64,000 nucleotides of DNA from an uncultured Thermoleophilia bacterium (lineage in GTDB: Bacteria > Actinomycetota > Thermoleophilia > UBA2241). Under the pieces are notes generated by a model. That model worked only from the letters and a program-made list of their open reading frames with translations, ran no database searches and was not told where the DNA came from. The stretch lies in assembly GCA_963715985.1 (NCBI GenBank), contig CAVQSP010000011.1, positions 544,001 through 608,000 on the forward strand, written 5' to 3'. This document shows, piece after piece, positions 28,718-38,495 of the stretch. Each line of letters begins with the position of its first letter. The stretch's first letter is position 1. The position numbers and the translations under genes are program-made.

Positions 28718-29799
28718 GGCCGTCCTCCCGCCGTCTGTGCTGTGCGGCTCTCGTCGCCGAGCGCGGCCGGCCACTCCAGGATCACCTTGCCGGAGTGGCC
28801 CGACCGAACCAGCGCGAACGCCTCCTCGTACTCGGCCACGGGGAAGCGGTGGGTGATCACCGGCGTGACGTCGAGCCCGCCCTGGACCATGGCCGTCATC
28901 TTGTACCAGGTCTCGAACATCTCGCGCCCGTAGATGCCCTTGAGGGTGAGACCGTAGAAGATCACCCGCTCCAGCTCGACCGGAGTCTCACCTTCGAGGA
29001 ATCCCATCAGGCTGATGCGGCCGCCGTGCGCCATCGTGCCGATCATGCTGTGCAGGGCGGACTTCTGGCCAGACATCTCGAGACCCACGTCGAAGCCTTC
29101 CGTCATGCCCAGGGTCGCCATGGCCTCGACGGGACTTGAGGTGCGCACATCGACGGTGAGTGAGGCGCCCATCCTGGCGGCGATCTCCAGCCGCGTGGGG
29201 TTCACGTCCGTGACCACCACGTGCCTGGCGCCGGCGTGACGCACCACGGCTGTGGCGAGGCAGCCGACCGGGCCGGCGCCGGTGATGAGCACGTCCTCAC
29301 CGACCAGGTCGCACGAAAGCGCCGCGTGGACCGCGTTGCCGAGCGGATCGAAGATGGCGAGCGTGTCGAGCGGGATGCTCTCGGGGACGGGCCAAACATT
29401 GACCGCCGGCAGCGCGAGGTACTCGGCGAAGGCGCCGGGGGCGGTGGCGCCGATGCTCACGCTGGCAGCGCACAGGTGACGGCGCCCGGCGCGGCAGTTG
29501 CGACAGTGCCCGCATACGATGTGCCCCTCGCCGGTGACGAGCTGCCCGACCTCGAGCCCGCGCACCGCGTCTCCGAGCTCGACGATCCTGCCCACGAACT
29601 CGTGGCCGGCGACAAGCGGCACCGGGATCGTGCGCTGCGCCCACTCGTCCCACTCGTAGATGTGCACGTCGGTGCCGCAGATGGCGGTCTTGAGCACACG
29701 GATGACCACGTCCGCGGGACCAGTCGTGGGGACGGGCACGGCGTGAAGAGCCAGACCGGCGCCGCGGTGGTCCTTGACGAGCGCGAGCATGGAGTCCAC
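28714..29799 (-). CDS. tdh: L-threonine 3-dehydrogenase
   Basis: [62 protein letters not shown]; overlaps kbl. Confidence 0.95.
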   Translation of the reverse strand: MDSMLALVKDHRGAGLALHAVPVPTTGPADVVIRVLKTAICGTDVHIYEWDEWAQRTIPVPLVAGHEFVGRIVELGDAVRGLEVGQLVTGEGHIVCGHCRNCRAGRRHLCAASVSIGATAPGAFAEYLALPAVNVWPVPESIPLDTLAIFDPLGNAVHAALSCDLVGEDVLITGAGPVGCLATAVVRHAGARHVVVTDVNPTRLEIAARMGASLTVDVRTSSPVEAMATLGMTEGFDVGLEMSGQKSALHSMIGTMAHGGRISLMGFLEGETPVELERVIFYGLTLKGIYGREMFETWYKMTAMVQGGLDVTPVITHRFPVAEYEEAFALVRSGHSGKVILEWPAALGDESRTAQTAGGRP

Positions 29800-29866
29800 A
29801 CGCCCTCCTTCGGTCGCGAATGCTGGTCCTCGTGGGACGGTCTCTCGCGGCTCCGTGCGACGCCGC

Positions 29867-31231
29867 CTAACTGTGCGCCCGCCCCGGCGCCAGCAGCTCC
29901 GCCACCTGGAAGGCGACGTCGAGGGACTGGCGCGCGTTGAGGCGAGGGTCGCAGAGCGTGGAGTACCGCGAGCAGAGCTCGCTCTCGGAGATGAAGTCGG
30001 CGCCGCCCACGCACTCGGTGACGTCGTCGCCGGTGAACTCCAGGTGCACGCCGCCGGGCCACACGCCCTGGGCGCGGCACACCGAGAAGAAGCCGCGCAG
30101 CTCGCGCATGATGTCGTCGAAGCGGCGCGTCTTCATGCCCTCGTCGGTCATCAGGCCGTTGGCGTGCATGGGGTCGCAGGTCCACACCACGGGGTGGCCC
30201 GACTCCTTCACGGCCCTCACCAGCGGCGGCAGGAGCTCCTCCACGCGATCGGCCCCGAGACGGGCGATGAGCGTCATGCGCCCGGGGTCGCGGTCCGGGT
30301 CCAGGCGGTCGCAGAGGGCCACCACCTCGTCGGGAGTGGCCGCCGGCCCGAACTTGCAGCCGACGGGGTTCTGCACGCCGGCGAGGAACGCGACGTGGGC
30401 GTCGTCCAGACCTCGCGTGCGCTCGCCGATCCAGAGCAGGTGGGCCGAACAGTCGTACCAGCGGCCGGTGAGGCTGTCCCGGCGCGTCAGGCACTCCTCG
30501 TAGGGCAGCACGAGACCCTCGTGGCTCGTCCACAGGTCCACTTCGTGCAGCGTGCGCTCGCGCTCCAGGTCGATGCCGATCGCCGTCATGAAGCGAAGGG
30601 CGTCGTCGATGCCGCGCGCGATGCCCTCGTACCGGCGCCCCTCGGGTGAGCCGGCCACGAACTCCTGGTTCCAGAAGTGCACCTGGGTGAGGTCGGCGAA
30701 GCCGCCCTTGGTGAAGGCGCGCAGCAGGTTCAGCCGCGCGGCGGACTGGTTGTACGCCTGCAGCATGCGCTCGGGGTCGGCAACGCGCGCCTGCGCGTCC
30801 GGAGCGTCGTCGTTGACCATGTGGCCGCGGAACGAGGGCAGCTCGAGATCGCCGACACGCTCCGTAGGGCTGGAGCGCGGCTTGGCGAACTGCCCGGCCA
30901 CGCGCCCGAGTTTGACCACCGGCAGCGCCGCGCCGTAGGTGAGCACCGTCGCCATCTGCAGCATGATCTTGAGGTTGTCGCGGATGCGCGGCGCGGTGAG
31001 GTCGCGGAACGACTCGGCGCAGTCGCCCACGTGCAGCAGGAAGGCACGGCCGGCGGCGACGTCCGCCAGGGCGGCGCGGAGCTGGCGGGACTCCCCCGCG
31101 AACACGAGCGGGGGCAGCGCCCTCAGCCGGGTGAGGACATCTTCCAGGGCGGCCTGGTCGGGCCAGTCCGGCTGCTGCTTGGCCGGCCGCTCACGCCACG
31201 ATCCCGGGGTCCACTCCGCGCCTGTCTCCAC
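29867..31231 (-). CDS. Class II DAHP synthase (3-deoxy-7-phosphoheptulonate synthase)
   Basis: LPPLVFAGE, GDCAESF, GRVAGQFAKPRS, WTSHEGL, LWIGERTR, CDPMHAN, CDPRLN. Confidence 0.95.
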   Translation of the reverse strand: METGAEWTPGSWRERPAKQQPDWPDQAALEDVLTRLRALPPLVFAGESRQLRAALADVAAGRAFLLHVGDCAESFRDLTAPRIRDNLKIMLQMATVLTYGAALPVVKLGRVAGQFAKPRSSPTERVGDLELPSFRGHMVNDDAPDAQARVADPERMLQAYNQSAARLNLLRAFTKGGFADLTQVHFWNQEFVAGSPEGRRYEGIARGIDDALRFMTAIGIDLERERTLHEVDLWTSHEGLVLPYEECLTRRDSLTGRWYDCSAHLLWIGERTRGLDDAHVAFLAGVQNPVGCKFGPAATPDEVVALCDRLDPDRDPGRMTLIARLGADRVEELLPPLVRAVKESGHPVVWTCDPMHANGLMTDEGMKTRRFDDIMRELRGFFSVCRAQGVWPGGVHLEFTGDDVTECVGGADFISESELCSRYSTLCDPRLNARQSLDVAFQVAELLAPGRAHS

Positions 31232-31431
31232 CCTGCAGCTCTCCCTTCGCCGCCACGCGAGCGTCCCCGCCGGCGCCGGCGTCCGATAGATCGTCGGCGA
31301 ACGTGCGCGGCGGCACCCGCCGCCGCGCACCACTCACCTGTCAATGATAGCGCGCTCAGCGCAGCTCGTTCGCGGCGCCGCAGTGGCGGTCGCGGCCCCG
31401 GGCCGTCAAGCGGCCCACAGCCACGCCTGAC

Positions 31432-31618
31432 TCAGCGCTGGTCGCAGAGCTCGCCGCCCTCGGCCCAGTCGCTCTTCGGATAGTCGTCGAAGACGATGGA
31501 CACCGCCGGCTTCGGGCAGCCGACGACCTCGACCATGATGTCCGTCGAACCGCCGAGCCAGCTCGGCCTTCTGCTCACGGGTCCTGCCTTCCCAGAGCTT
31601 CACTTCGATGATGGGCAT
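31432..31618 (-). CDS. 4-oxalocrotonate tautomerase family protein (single-base insertion near 31545)
   Basis: AGGAAGGAG RBS; corrected MPIIEVKLWEGRTREQKAELARRFTDIMVEVVGCPKPAVSIVFDDYPKSDWAEGG with N-terminal catalytic Pro. Confidence 0.85.
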
Positions 31619-31658
31619 GGCACGCTCCTTCCTCAGGGGATGTGTCGGATCTCGAGCT

Positions 31659-33111
31659 TCACTGCCCCCGCCCACGTAGGCGTCCACCAACTCGTCCACG
31701 ACACCCCGCAGGTCGGCCGGCAGCGGCTCCGGCTCGTGCGTCGCGAGGATGTCCAGAGCCTTGTGCCGCGCCTTCCGGCGCAGGTCCGGCGACCCCTCGG
31801 CCTCCCAGTGCGCGCGGGTCACGCGATTGAACAGGGTGGGTCTCCACTGCAGCGCGCGGGCGTGCCGCCGGGTGTGCCGGCTGCGCAGGAAGTCGCCGCC
31901 CGGGCCCGCGGCGGCGATCACCTCGACGGCCAGCGTCTCCTCGTCCACCTCGATGCCCTCCAGGGCGCGGCGGTTCATCGAGATGATCTCGTCCACGATG
32001 ACGACCATCTCGGGCGCACAGGTGAGTCCGAAATCCAGGTAGCCGATGTCGTGGTTGAGGTTCGAGCCTGCCTGCATCGAGAGCAGGGTGACCTGCGCGG
32101 CGTCGATGCCCGCCTGGGTGTCCACGCACTGCGCGTCGCTGGTGCCGGCGAAGTTCCAGTTGGGGATGTCAAGCCACTTGGCCATCTCGATGATGCCGAG
32201 GTCGGTGGTGTACCGCTCGGCCGCGTTGTACAGCGTCTGCAGGGTGACCATGTCGAGCTTGCCCGACGCCGACCCGAAGATGAACGGCGCCCCGGGGCGC
32301 CTGAGCTGATGGACGACGAGCCCGAACAGCGATTCCGCCGTTCCCTGTGCGATCTGCCCGGCGTGCGTGATCGGCGACGTGGCGCCGGCAATCGGAGCCG
32401 GCGCGTAGATCAGCGGGATGCCCCGGTCGGCGCAGAAGAGCAGCTTGTCGAGGACCTCGACGGGATGCACGAGCGGGCTCACGGGCTCGCCGTACTGGAT
32501 GAAGTACGGCTTGGCGCGCAGCTCAGCAGCGCCGCCGCGCAGTGCGCAGGCGATCTGCCACATGACCTCGAGGTCCTCGACGCCCTCGGCCGTCATCACC
32601 ATGGGCTTGGTGGTGTTCGTCACCATCGCGCGGAAGCTCTCGAGGTAGGCGGCGCGCGCGTCTACGTCGTGCGGGTAGGCGCTGGACATCACGAAGTCGA
32701 TGTTGGGGAGGCCGTCGCACAGGCGCGCCATGCGGGCGACGTCGGCGAGAACACTGAGGCGGCGCTCGCCGGACTCCAGGTCGTAGGTGTTCATGAGGTC
32801 CGAGCCGGTGCCGAAGTAGGCGTTGCGGCCGCCGAGCTCCATGGCGGGCTCGCCGCCGCGGTCGTACACCGGGATCGAGGCCGGGACCGTGCGCCGCGCC
32901 TCCGCGACGAGCTCGCGCGGGATGCGCACGAGGTCACCGCTCACCACGCGAGGCGCCGGCGTCCACGAGCAGCCGGCGCGCCGTTCTCCTGCGGCACCGT
33001 CATTCCCACGTCCGCGATGACCGTGAGCGCGGCGTCGTAGATGGCCCGGCACTTCTCGTCGGTGAGCACGGCCATCCGGCCGCTGAGCCCCGGGGCGTGC
33101 GACTCGATCAT
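31659..33111 (-). CDS. Trimethylamine methyltransferase (MttB) superfamily protein, non-pyrrolysine; indels near 32950-33000 and at the 3' end
   Basis: LTDEKCRAIYDAALTVIADVG, FGTGSD, EPVSPL, GATSPITHAG, QLRRPGAPFIFG, AGTSDAQ, NLNHDIGYLDFG, GPGGDFL; ATGA overlap with the upstream decarboxylase. Confidence 0.85.
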
Positions 33112-34584
33112 GCTGTCTCCTTCTCTGGGCCGGCGGCGCCGGCGACACGTACACCCAGGCGCCGCAGCGTCTCCGCGACGTCCTCGCCGGTCGTGCGCGG
33201 GTTGATGGTGCAGAGGCGCAGCACCGGCTGATCGCGCACCCAGGTCGTGGTGAGGTGCGCGAAGCCGGCCGCGGCCAGCGCGTCGGCGCGGCGCTTGTGC
33301 TCCTCGTGCTCCGCGCCGCGCAGGGCGAACGTGACGATGCCGAGCCGCGCGGGTGTCACGACCTGCCAGCGCGGCGTCGCCGGCCACGAGGCGCTCGGCC
33401 TGCTCGGCGAGGCCGATGCCGTGCGCCACGGCCTCGCGCAAGCGAGCCACGCCGTGGATGCGAAAGGTCAGCCAGAGCTTGAGGCCGCGCGCGCGCCGCG
33501 TGAGCTCCAGACTGCGGTCACGCATGTCGACCTCTTCCCCGGCGCCGGTGACGTCGGCAAGGTAGTCCGGGCTCATGTGGAAGGCCCGCGCGAGAGCCCC
33601 GGGCCGGCGCACCAGCAGGCAGCCGAGGTCGTAGGGCTGGAAGAGCCACTTGTGCGGGTCGACGACGAGTGAGTCGGCCTGCTCGATGCCCTGCAAGGCG
33701 CGGCGGCCCGGCTCGCAGAGCGCCGCCGCCGCGCCGTACGCGCCGTCCACGTGGAACCACAGACCCTCGGCCAGGCACAGCTCGGCGATGCCGGGGAGCG
33801 GGTCCACGGCGCCGGTGTTGGTGGTGCCGGCGTTGGCGATCACCAGGGCCGGGCGCCGGCCGGCCGCGCGGTCTTCGCGGACCGCGGCCGCCAGCGCCTC
33901 CAACGGCAGACGCAGCTGCTCGTCCGTCGGCAGGGTTCGCACCTGCTCCGGCGCGAAACCCAAAGCCGGGAGGCCGCGCGTGATCGAGGCGTGTGCCTGG
34001 TCGGAGAGGTAGCACACGCCCGGCCCCACGCTGACGCGCGCCGCGGCGACGGCGGTGATGTTGGCCATCGACCCGCCGCTCAGCATCACCCCTTCAGTGC
34101 CCTCCGGCATGCCCAACAGCGTGCGCAGCCAGTCGAGCGCCACCAGCTCCACCGTAGCGGGGCCGGAGCCGCCGCCCCACGAAGCGGCGATGGCGTTGAA
34201 GCCGGTACCGAGCCAGTCGCCGAGCACGCCGGCGAAGGACGACGGCCCCGGGACCCGCGCGAAGTTGCGGGGGTGGTCGCCGTGCTGCATGTTGGCGAGC
34301 GCGACGCCGGTCAGGGCCTCGAGCGCCGCCAGCGGGTCGCCGCCGTGTTCCGGCGGCGGGCCACCCAGGGCGGCGCGGAGATCCGCCGGCGCGCCCGTCG
34401 TGATGGACGGCCCGTCGGCGACGCCCTCGAAGTGCTCGACGACGCGGTCCACGACCCAGTAGCCCAGCTCGCGCATCTGGGCGGCGTCGAGACCCAGCGT
34501 GTCCGCGGCCCGCGGCAGCGGGACGCGACGGTCGCCCGGATCACTTCCCTGACGCCGATCCTTGCCTTCGCCCGCTGCGCTCAC
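33108..34584 (-). CDS. Group II PLP-dependent decarboxylase (aromatic amino acid/glutamate decarboxylase family; frameshift near 33365)
   Basis: HPRNFARVP, SGGSMANITA, AGTTNTGAVDPL, WFHVDGAYG, PLP-Lys DPHKWLFQPY, ELTRRARGLKLW, LRLCTINPRTT. Confidence 0.9.
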
Positions 34585-34711
34585 GCGTTCCTCCCCTGTG
34601 TCGCTCTCGCCGCGGCGATACTAGCCCTTCGGACCACCCCTGGGCATACTCCCCGCGCGAGCCGCACGAGGGTCGGATGGCGCGCGAGCGGCCTCCGGCT
34701 GCGTTGCTCCG

Positions 34712-35430
34712 CTACGGCCGCACGAGCGCGGCGATCGCGGCGGCCAGCTCCCGGCACACGAGCCGCTGGCCGGCGGCGTTGGGGTGGATGCCGTCGAGCA
34801 GCAGGTCGCCGACGGATCGCCCCGGTCCGGCGCCGTACTCCTCGAAGGCACGGTGCACGTCCACGAGCGGCACGCGCTCCTGCCCCGCCACATCGCGGGC
34901 ATCCTGGGCGTAGAGGTCGAGCAGCGCGCTGAGACCGCGCTCACTCCCCGTGTCCAGGAGCCCCGGCGCCCGCTGGAACACGTCCACGTAGTACGGGTCC
35001 GCCCAGCGCATCGGGTTGGGAGACATGAGCACCACCAGGGCGCCGCCGTCCTTGAGCGCCCGCACCAGACGGCGCAGGTTCTCGCGATACTCGTCGCGGG
35101 TGAGCCGCGGCTCGCGGCGCCCCTCGTCGGCGTCTATCCAGGAGTCGTTGATGCCGAACTGGATCGACCACCAGGTCCGGGGAGTACGCGCCCACGTCGC
35201 GGTCGAGCCGCTCCAGCGCGTCGCGCGTCGTGGTGCCGCCGATGCCGGCGTTGACGACCCGAGCCCTGAGGCCGAAGGCGGCCAGGGCCTCCGGCAGCAG
35301 CTCCGGGTACACCGCGACGTCCTGCCCGCTCCAGTCGTCGACGGCGGTGGTCGAGTCGCCCAGCGCGACGATGGTCAGCGCCGCGCGCGTCGTCGTCGCC
35401 GTCTGGCCGGCGGTCCTCCCGGTCTGCCAC
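34712..35430 (-). CDS. SGNH/GDSL hydrolase (frameshift near 35165; start uncertain)
   Basis: Block I IVALGDSTT, block II NAGIGG, block III QFGINDS (shifted frame), block V DGIHPNAAG. Confidence 0.8.
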
Positions 35431-35474
35431 GAAGTGCCTCCTCCAACGGCCGTCTCGGCACCGCCGGCCCCGGA

Positions 35475-35650
35475 CACGGCGCGCCGACGATACCACTCCA
35501 CGGTGCGCTGAAGACCCACGTCCATCGGTGTCGCCGTGGGTCCGAGCTCGCGCTCGATGCGGCTCGAGTCCACGACGAACGGGCGCGTGGACTCGTCCAT
35601 CATCTCCAGAGAGGACCCGAGCTCCTTGAGCGCGATGATGCGGTTCAGGC
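35475..35650 (-). pseudogene. Orphan C-terminal fragment of an NAD-dependent epimerase/dehydratase
   Basis: [41 protein letters not shown] is a typical extended-SDR C-terminus; no Rossmann N-terminus upstream. Confidence 0.55.
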
Positions 35651-35823
35651 GCGGCAGCTGGTCGAGCTCGATGTCATCAGCGAGGAGTCCGCCCACCCCG
35701 ACGCGGGCATCCAGCTCCGGACCCCGCTGGATTGGCTCGGGTGAAGAAGGGAAGGCTAGTGCCAACGCGAAGGGCTGCGCCAACACGGGACACGACGGCG
35801 AGAGCCGGCAGGAGGGCAGGGCG

Positions 35824-36082
35824 ATGGCAAACGGGGCACAAGGCACACAGTCCAAGGGGAACAACGGCTTCCTGATCGGCGGCGGCATCCTTCTCGCGCT
35901 GCTGCTGATCTTCATCTTCCAGAACACGGCGGACACGCAGTTCAAGTTCCTGTTCTGGTCGTTCACGCTGCCGCTGTGGCTGGTGCTCGCTCATCACGGC
36001 GCTCGTGGCGTTCGTGATCGGGCAGTTCGCGCTGATGTGGCGGCGGCACAAGCGTCGCCAGGCGCGCCGCGACGCCAGGTAG
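35824..36082 (+). CDS. LapA/DUF1049-like small membrane protein (1-nt insertion near 35988)
   Basis: [33 protein letters not shown]...[10 protein letters not shown]...WRRHKRRQ*; locus length is 3n+1. Confidence 0.75.
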
Positions 36083-36112
36083 ACAACCGGCCGCCGGGCC
36101 GCCGGTGCACAG

Positions 36113-36162
36113 GACGAGACCGGGCGGGGCCGCCCTTGCGGGCGGCCCCGCCCGGTCTCGTC
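36113..36162. terminator. Perfect 23-bp stem-loop
   Basis: GACGAGACCGGGCGGGGCCGCCC-TTGC-GGGCGGCCCCGCCCGGTCTCGTC just after the LapA-like stop. Confidence 0.7.
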
Positions 36163-36282
36163 TGCCGGTGCGCCGGCGGCAGGATTGCCGACGACCCCGC
36201 GGAAGGGAGCGATGACTACTTGAGGCGTCCGGCGGGTAGTCCGCTCAGTCAGAAACACTCTTCCTCACAAGGGGGCACTCTC

Positions 36283-37031
36283 ATGAACACCGGCAAAGCC
36301 GCCGTGGCCGAGTTCTTCGGCACCTTCTGGCTCGTCTTCGGCGGCACCGGCGCCGCCGTGCTCGCCGCCTCGGTGGGCTCAAGTGGCATCGGCTGGCTCG
36401 GCGTCGCTCTCGCCTTCGGGCTCACCGTCGTGACCATGGCCTACGCCGTCGGCCACATCAGCGGCGGCCACTTCAACCCCGCCGTCACGCTCGGCCTCTG
36501 GGCCGGCGGCCGCTTCCCGGGAGGCAAGGTCCTCATCTACATCGTCGCCCAGGTGCTCGGTGCGATCTGCGCCTCCGCCGTGCTCTACGTGATCGCCTCC
36601 GGCAAGGCGGGCTTCAGCCTCTCCGACGGCTTCGCCGCCAACGGCTACGGCGAGCACTCACCGGCCGGCTACTCGCTGCTCGCGGCGATCGTCATCGAGC
36701 TGCTCCTCACCTTCGCCTTCCTGCTCGTCATCCACGGGGTCACCGACCGCAGGGCCCCGGCCGGTCTGGCTCCGCTCGCCATCGGCCTCACCCTGACCCT
36801 CATCCACCTGATCGCCATCCCCGTCGACAACACGAGCGTGAACCCGGCGCGCTCCCTCGCCCCGGCGCTCTTCGTCGGCGGCTGGGCGCTGGCCCAGCTC
36901 TGGGTCTTCATCCTCTTCCCCATCATCGGCGGCCTCGTCGGCGGGCTCGCTCTACCGCTACCTGCTGGAGGTCCCGGAGAGTGCCCGCGACAAGGTCGAA
37001 GGGCCCGGGCGAGGCGACGGAAGAGAGCTGA
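36283..37031 (+). CDS. aqpZ: Aquaporin Z (indels near the 3' end; end approximate)
   Basis: [54 protein letters not shown] (both NPA boxes). Confidence 0.9.
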
Positions 37032-37057
37032 GCGCTCGCGACCTGCGCCCGAGCCTG

Positions 37058-37103
37058 AGGGCCGGCCGGCGCTCCCCTCGTCAGGGGGCGCGCGGCCGGC
37101 CCT
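37058..37103. terminator. GC-rich imperfect hairpin between convergent genes
   Basis: AGGGCCGGCCG...CGGCCGGCCCT arms. Confidence 0.5.
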
Positions 37104-37119
37104 TCTGCCGGCAGGGTCG

Positions 37120-37668
37120 TCAGACGTGCCGAGCCCGCTGCTCCAGGACCTCGACCACCGACGCGTATTTCTCGTGGATCATCGTCCGGTCGAACTCCCG
37201 GTAGCGGACGAGCAGGTCCTGGTCCTCGTCGTCCGTGAAGTAGGCCCTGGCGACGGCGAAGAACGCCTTGTCCTCTTTGGCGATGTGCACAGGGTAGAAG
37301 TCGCACAGCGTCCTGATCCGAGCGCCGATGTCGGACAGGGCGGACTCGCCGCCGTGGCGGTAACGCTCCCCGGCGCGGACGAGTCCGGCCGTTTCTCGAC
37401 GAGCGAACTCGTGGTCCGCGATCAGCTCCTCCATCGCCCGCCGATCGGCTGCGGAGAGCGGCCGCGCGCCCAGCTCCGCGAAGAGGATGTCCTCCTCCTT
37501 GCCGTGGTGGGTCCGGTCGGCGTAGGTGCGGATGAAATCCACGGCCGCGTCGATCACCGGGGGATCGATGCGTCGTGCCGACTCGATCTCTGCCAGTACC
37601 GTCTCCAGCGACGAAAGCATCCGCTCGATCAGGCGATGCTCCTTCATGAGAGGAGCGCGTGACTGCAT
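37120..37668 (-). CDS. Hemerythrin/HHE cation-binding domain protein
   Basis: AAGGAGG RBS; [39 protein letters not shown]. Confidence 0.9.
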   Translation of the reverse strand: MQSRAPLMKEHRLIERMLSSLETVLAEIESARRIDPPVIDAAVDFIRTYADRTHHGKEEDILFAELGARPLSAADRRAMEELIADHEFARRETAGLVRAGERYRHGGESALSDIGARIRTLCDFYPVHIAKEDKAFFAVARAYFTDDEDQDLLVRYREFDRTMIHEKYASVVEVLEQRARHV

Positions 37669-37702
37669 GCCTGCCTCCTTTGCAGGAGGGCGCCGGTGAC
37701 CG

Positions 37703-38335
37703 TCAGACGGAGTCCGGCGCCGTGTCGTGGTCCGGGCCCCGCCCCGATGGCGCCGGCGGCGAACCCGAACAGCGTGTCGATGCACTGCCGCGCGACGACG
37801 TCCGGGTCCTCCCCCTCCAGGCCTACACCGGCGGTGAGCATCGGCTGGACGGACGCGAGGCCCATGAGCGCCGCGCCCAGCACCATCGCCACGACGCGCG
37901 GGTCCGCGCCCTCGGTCGCCGCCCCTTGCATCGTCGAGCCAGCTCGGCGAGCAGGGCGAGCGGACGCAGGGGGGACCCGCCGAGCAGCCGCTCGGGGGCG
38001 AGCCCGTCGATCTCCGCCCGTAGCATGAGGAGCAGCGAAGTGCGGCCTTCCGTCAGGGTGTACATGAAGATCTCGCCCAGCGCCGCCAGCGACGTGACGG
38101 TGTCGGCCTCGGGCCGGGCCATGGAACTCATCGCCCGAGCCTCGTTCTCCAGGATCTCCGCGACCATGTCGCTCTTCGTGCCGAAGTAGCGGTGGACGAG
38201 CGCGTGGTTCACGCCGGCGGCGGCGGCGATCTGCCGCACGCTGACGTTGTGGACGCCGCGCGTGGCGAAGAGGTCGCGCGCGGCCGCGAGGATCACCTGC
38301 CGCGTGACGGTGGAATCGCCGCGAGGCGCACCCAT
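37703..38335 (-). CDS. TetR-family regulator (frameshifts near 37940 and at the 3' end)
   Basis: ILAAARDLFATRGVHNVSVRQIAAAAGVNHALVHRYFGTK HTH; C-terminal DPRVVAMVLGAALMG in a shifted frame. Confidence 0.8.
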
Positions 38336-38495
38336 GGACCGCTCCTCTCCTCTTCTGGCCTCTCGTCGTGACCGGCGTCGCGCTGGTGTGGCCGGCGTCG
38401 CGCGGCCCGACCCAGCACCCGGAACGACGCATTTGTGCGTGTATCACCGGTAGGTTACAGTCACCGCAGGGTGACGTTCAACAGAGGGGGGACCT

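Noticed and set aside
31659-33111. Pyrrolysine recoding in the MttB-family gene
   Set aside because: No in-frame TAG; the region reads AGTSDAQ continuously and no pyl genes are in the window.
31406-33154. MttB-tautomerase fusion
   Set aside because: The tautomerase has its own strong RBS and needs a free N-terminal Pro; a 1-nt change in the G-run near 31665 restores a TGA at 31659.
35536-37662. 708-aa LapA-aquaporin fusion ORF
   Set aside because: Produced by indels; a strong hairpin separates the genes and aqpZ has its own RBS and ATG.
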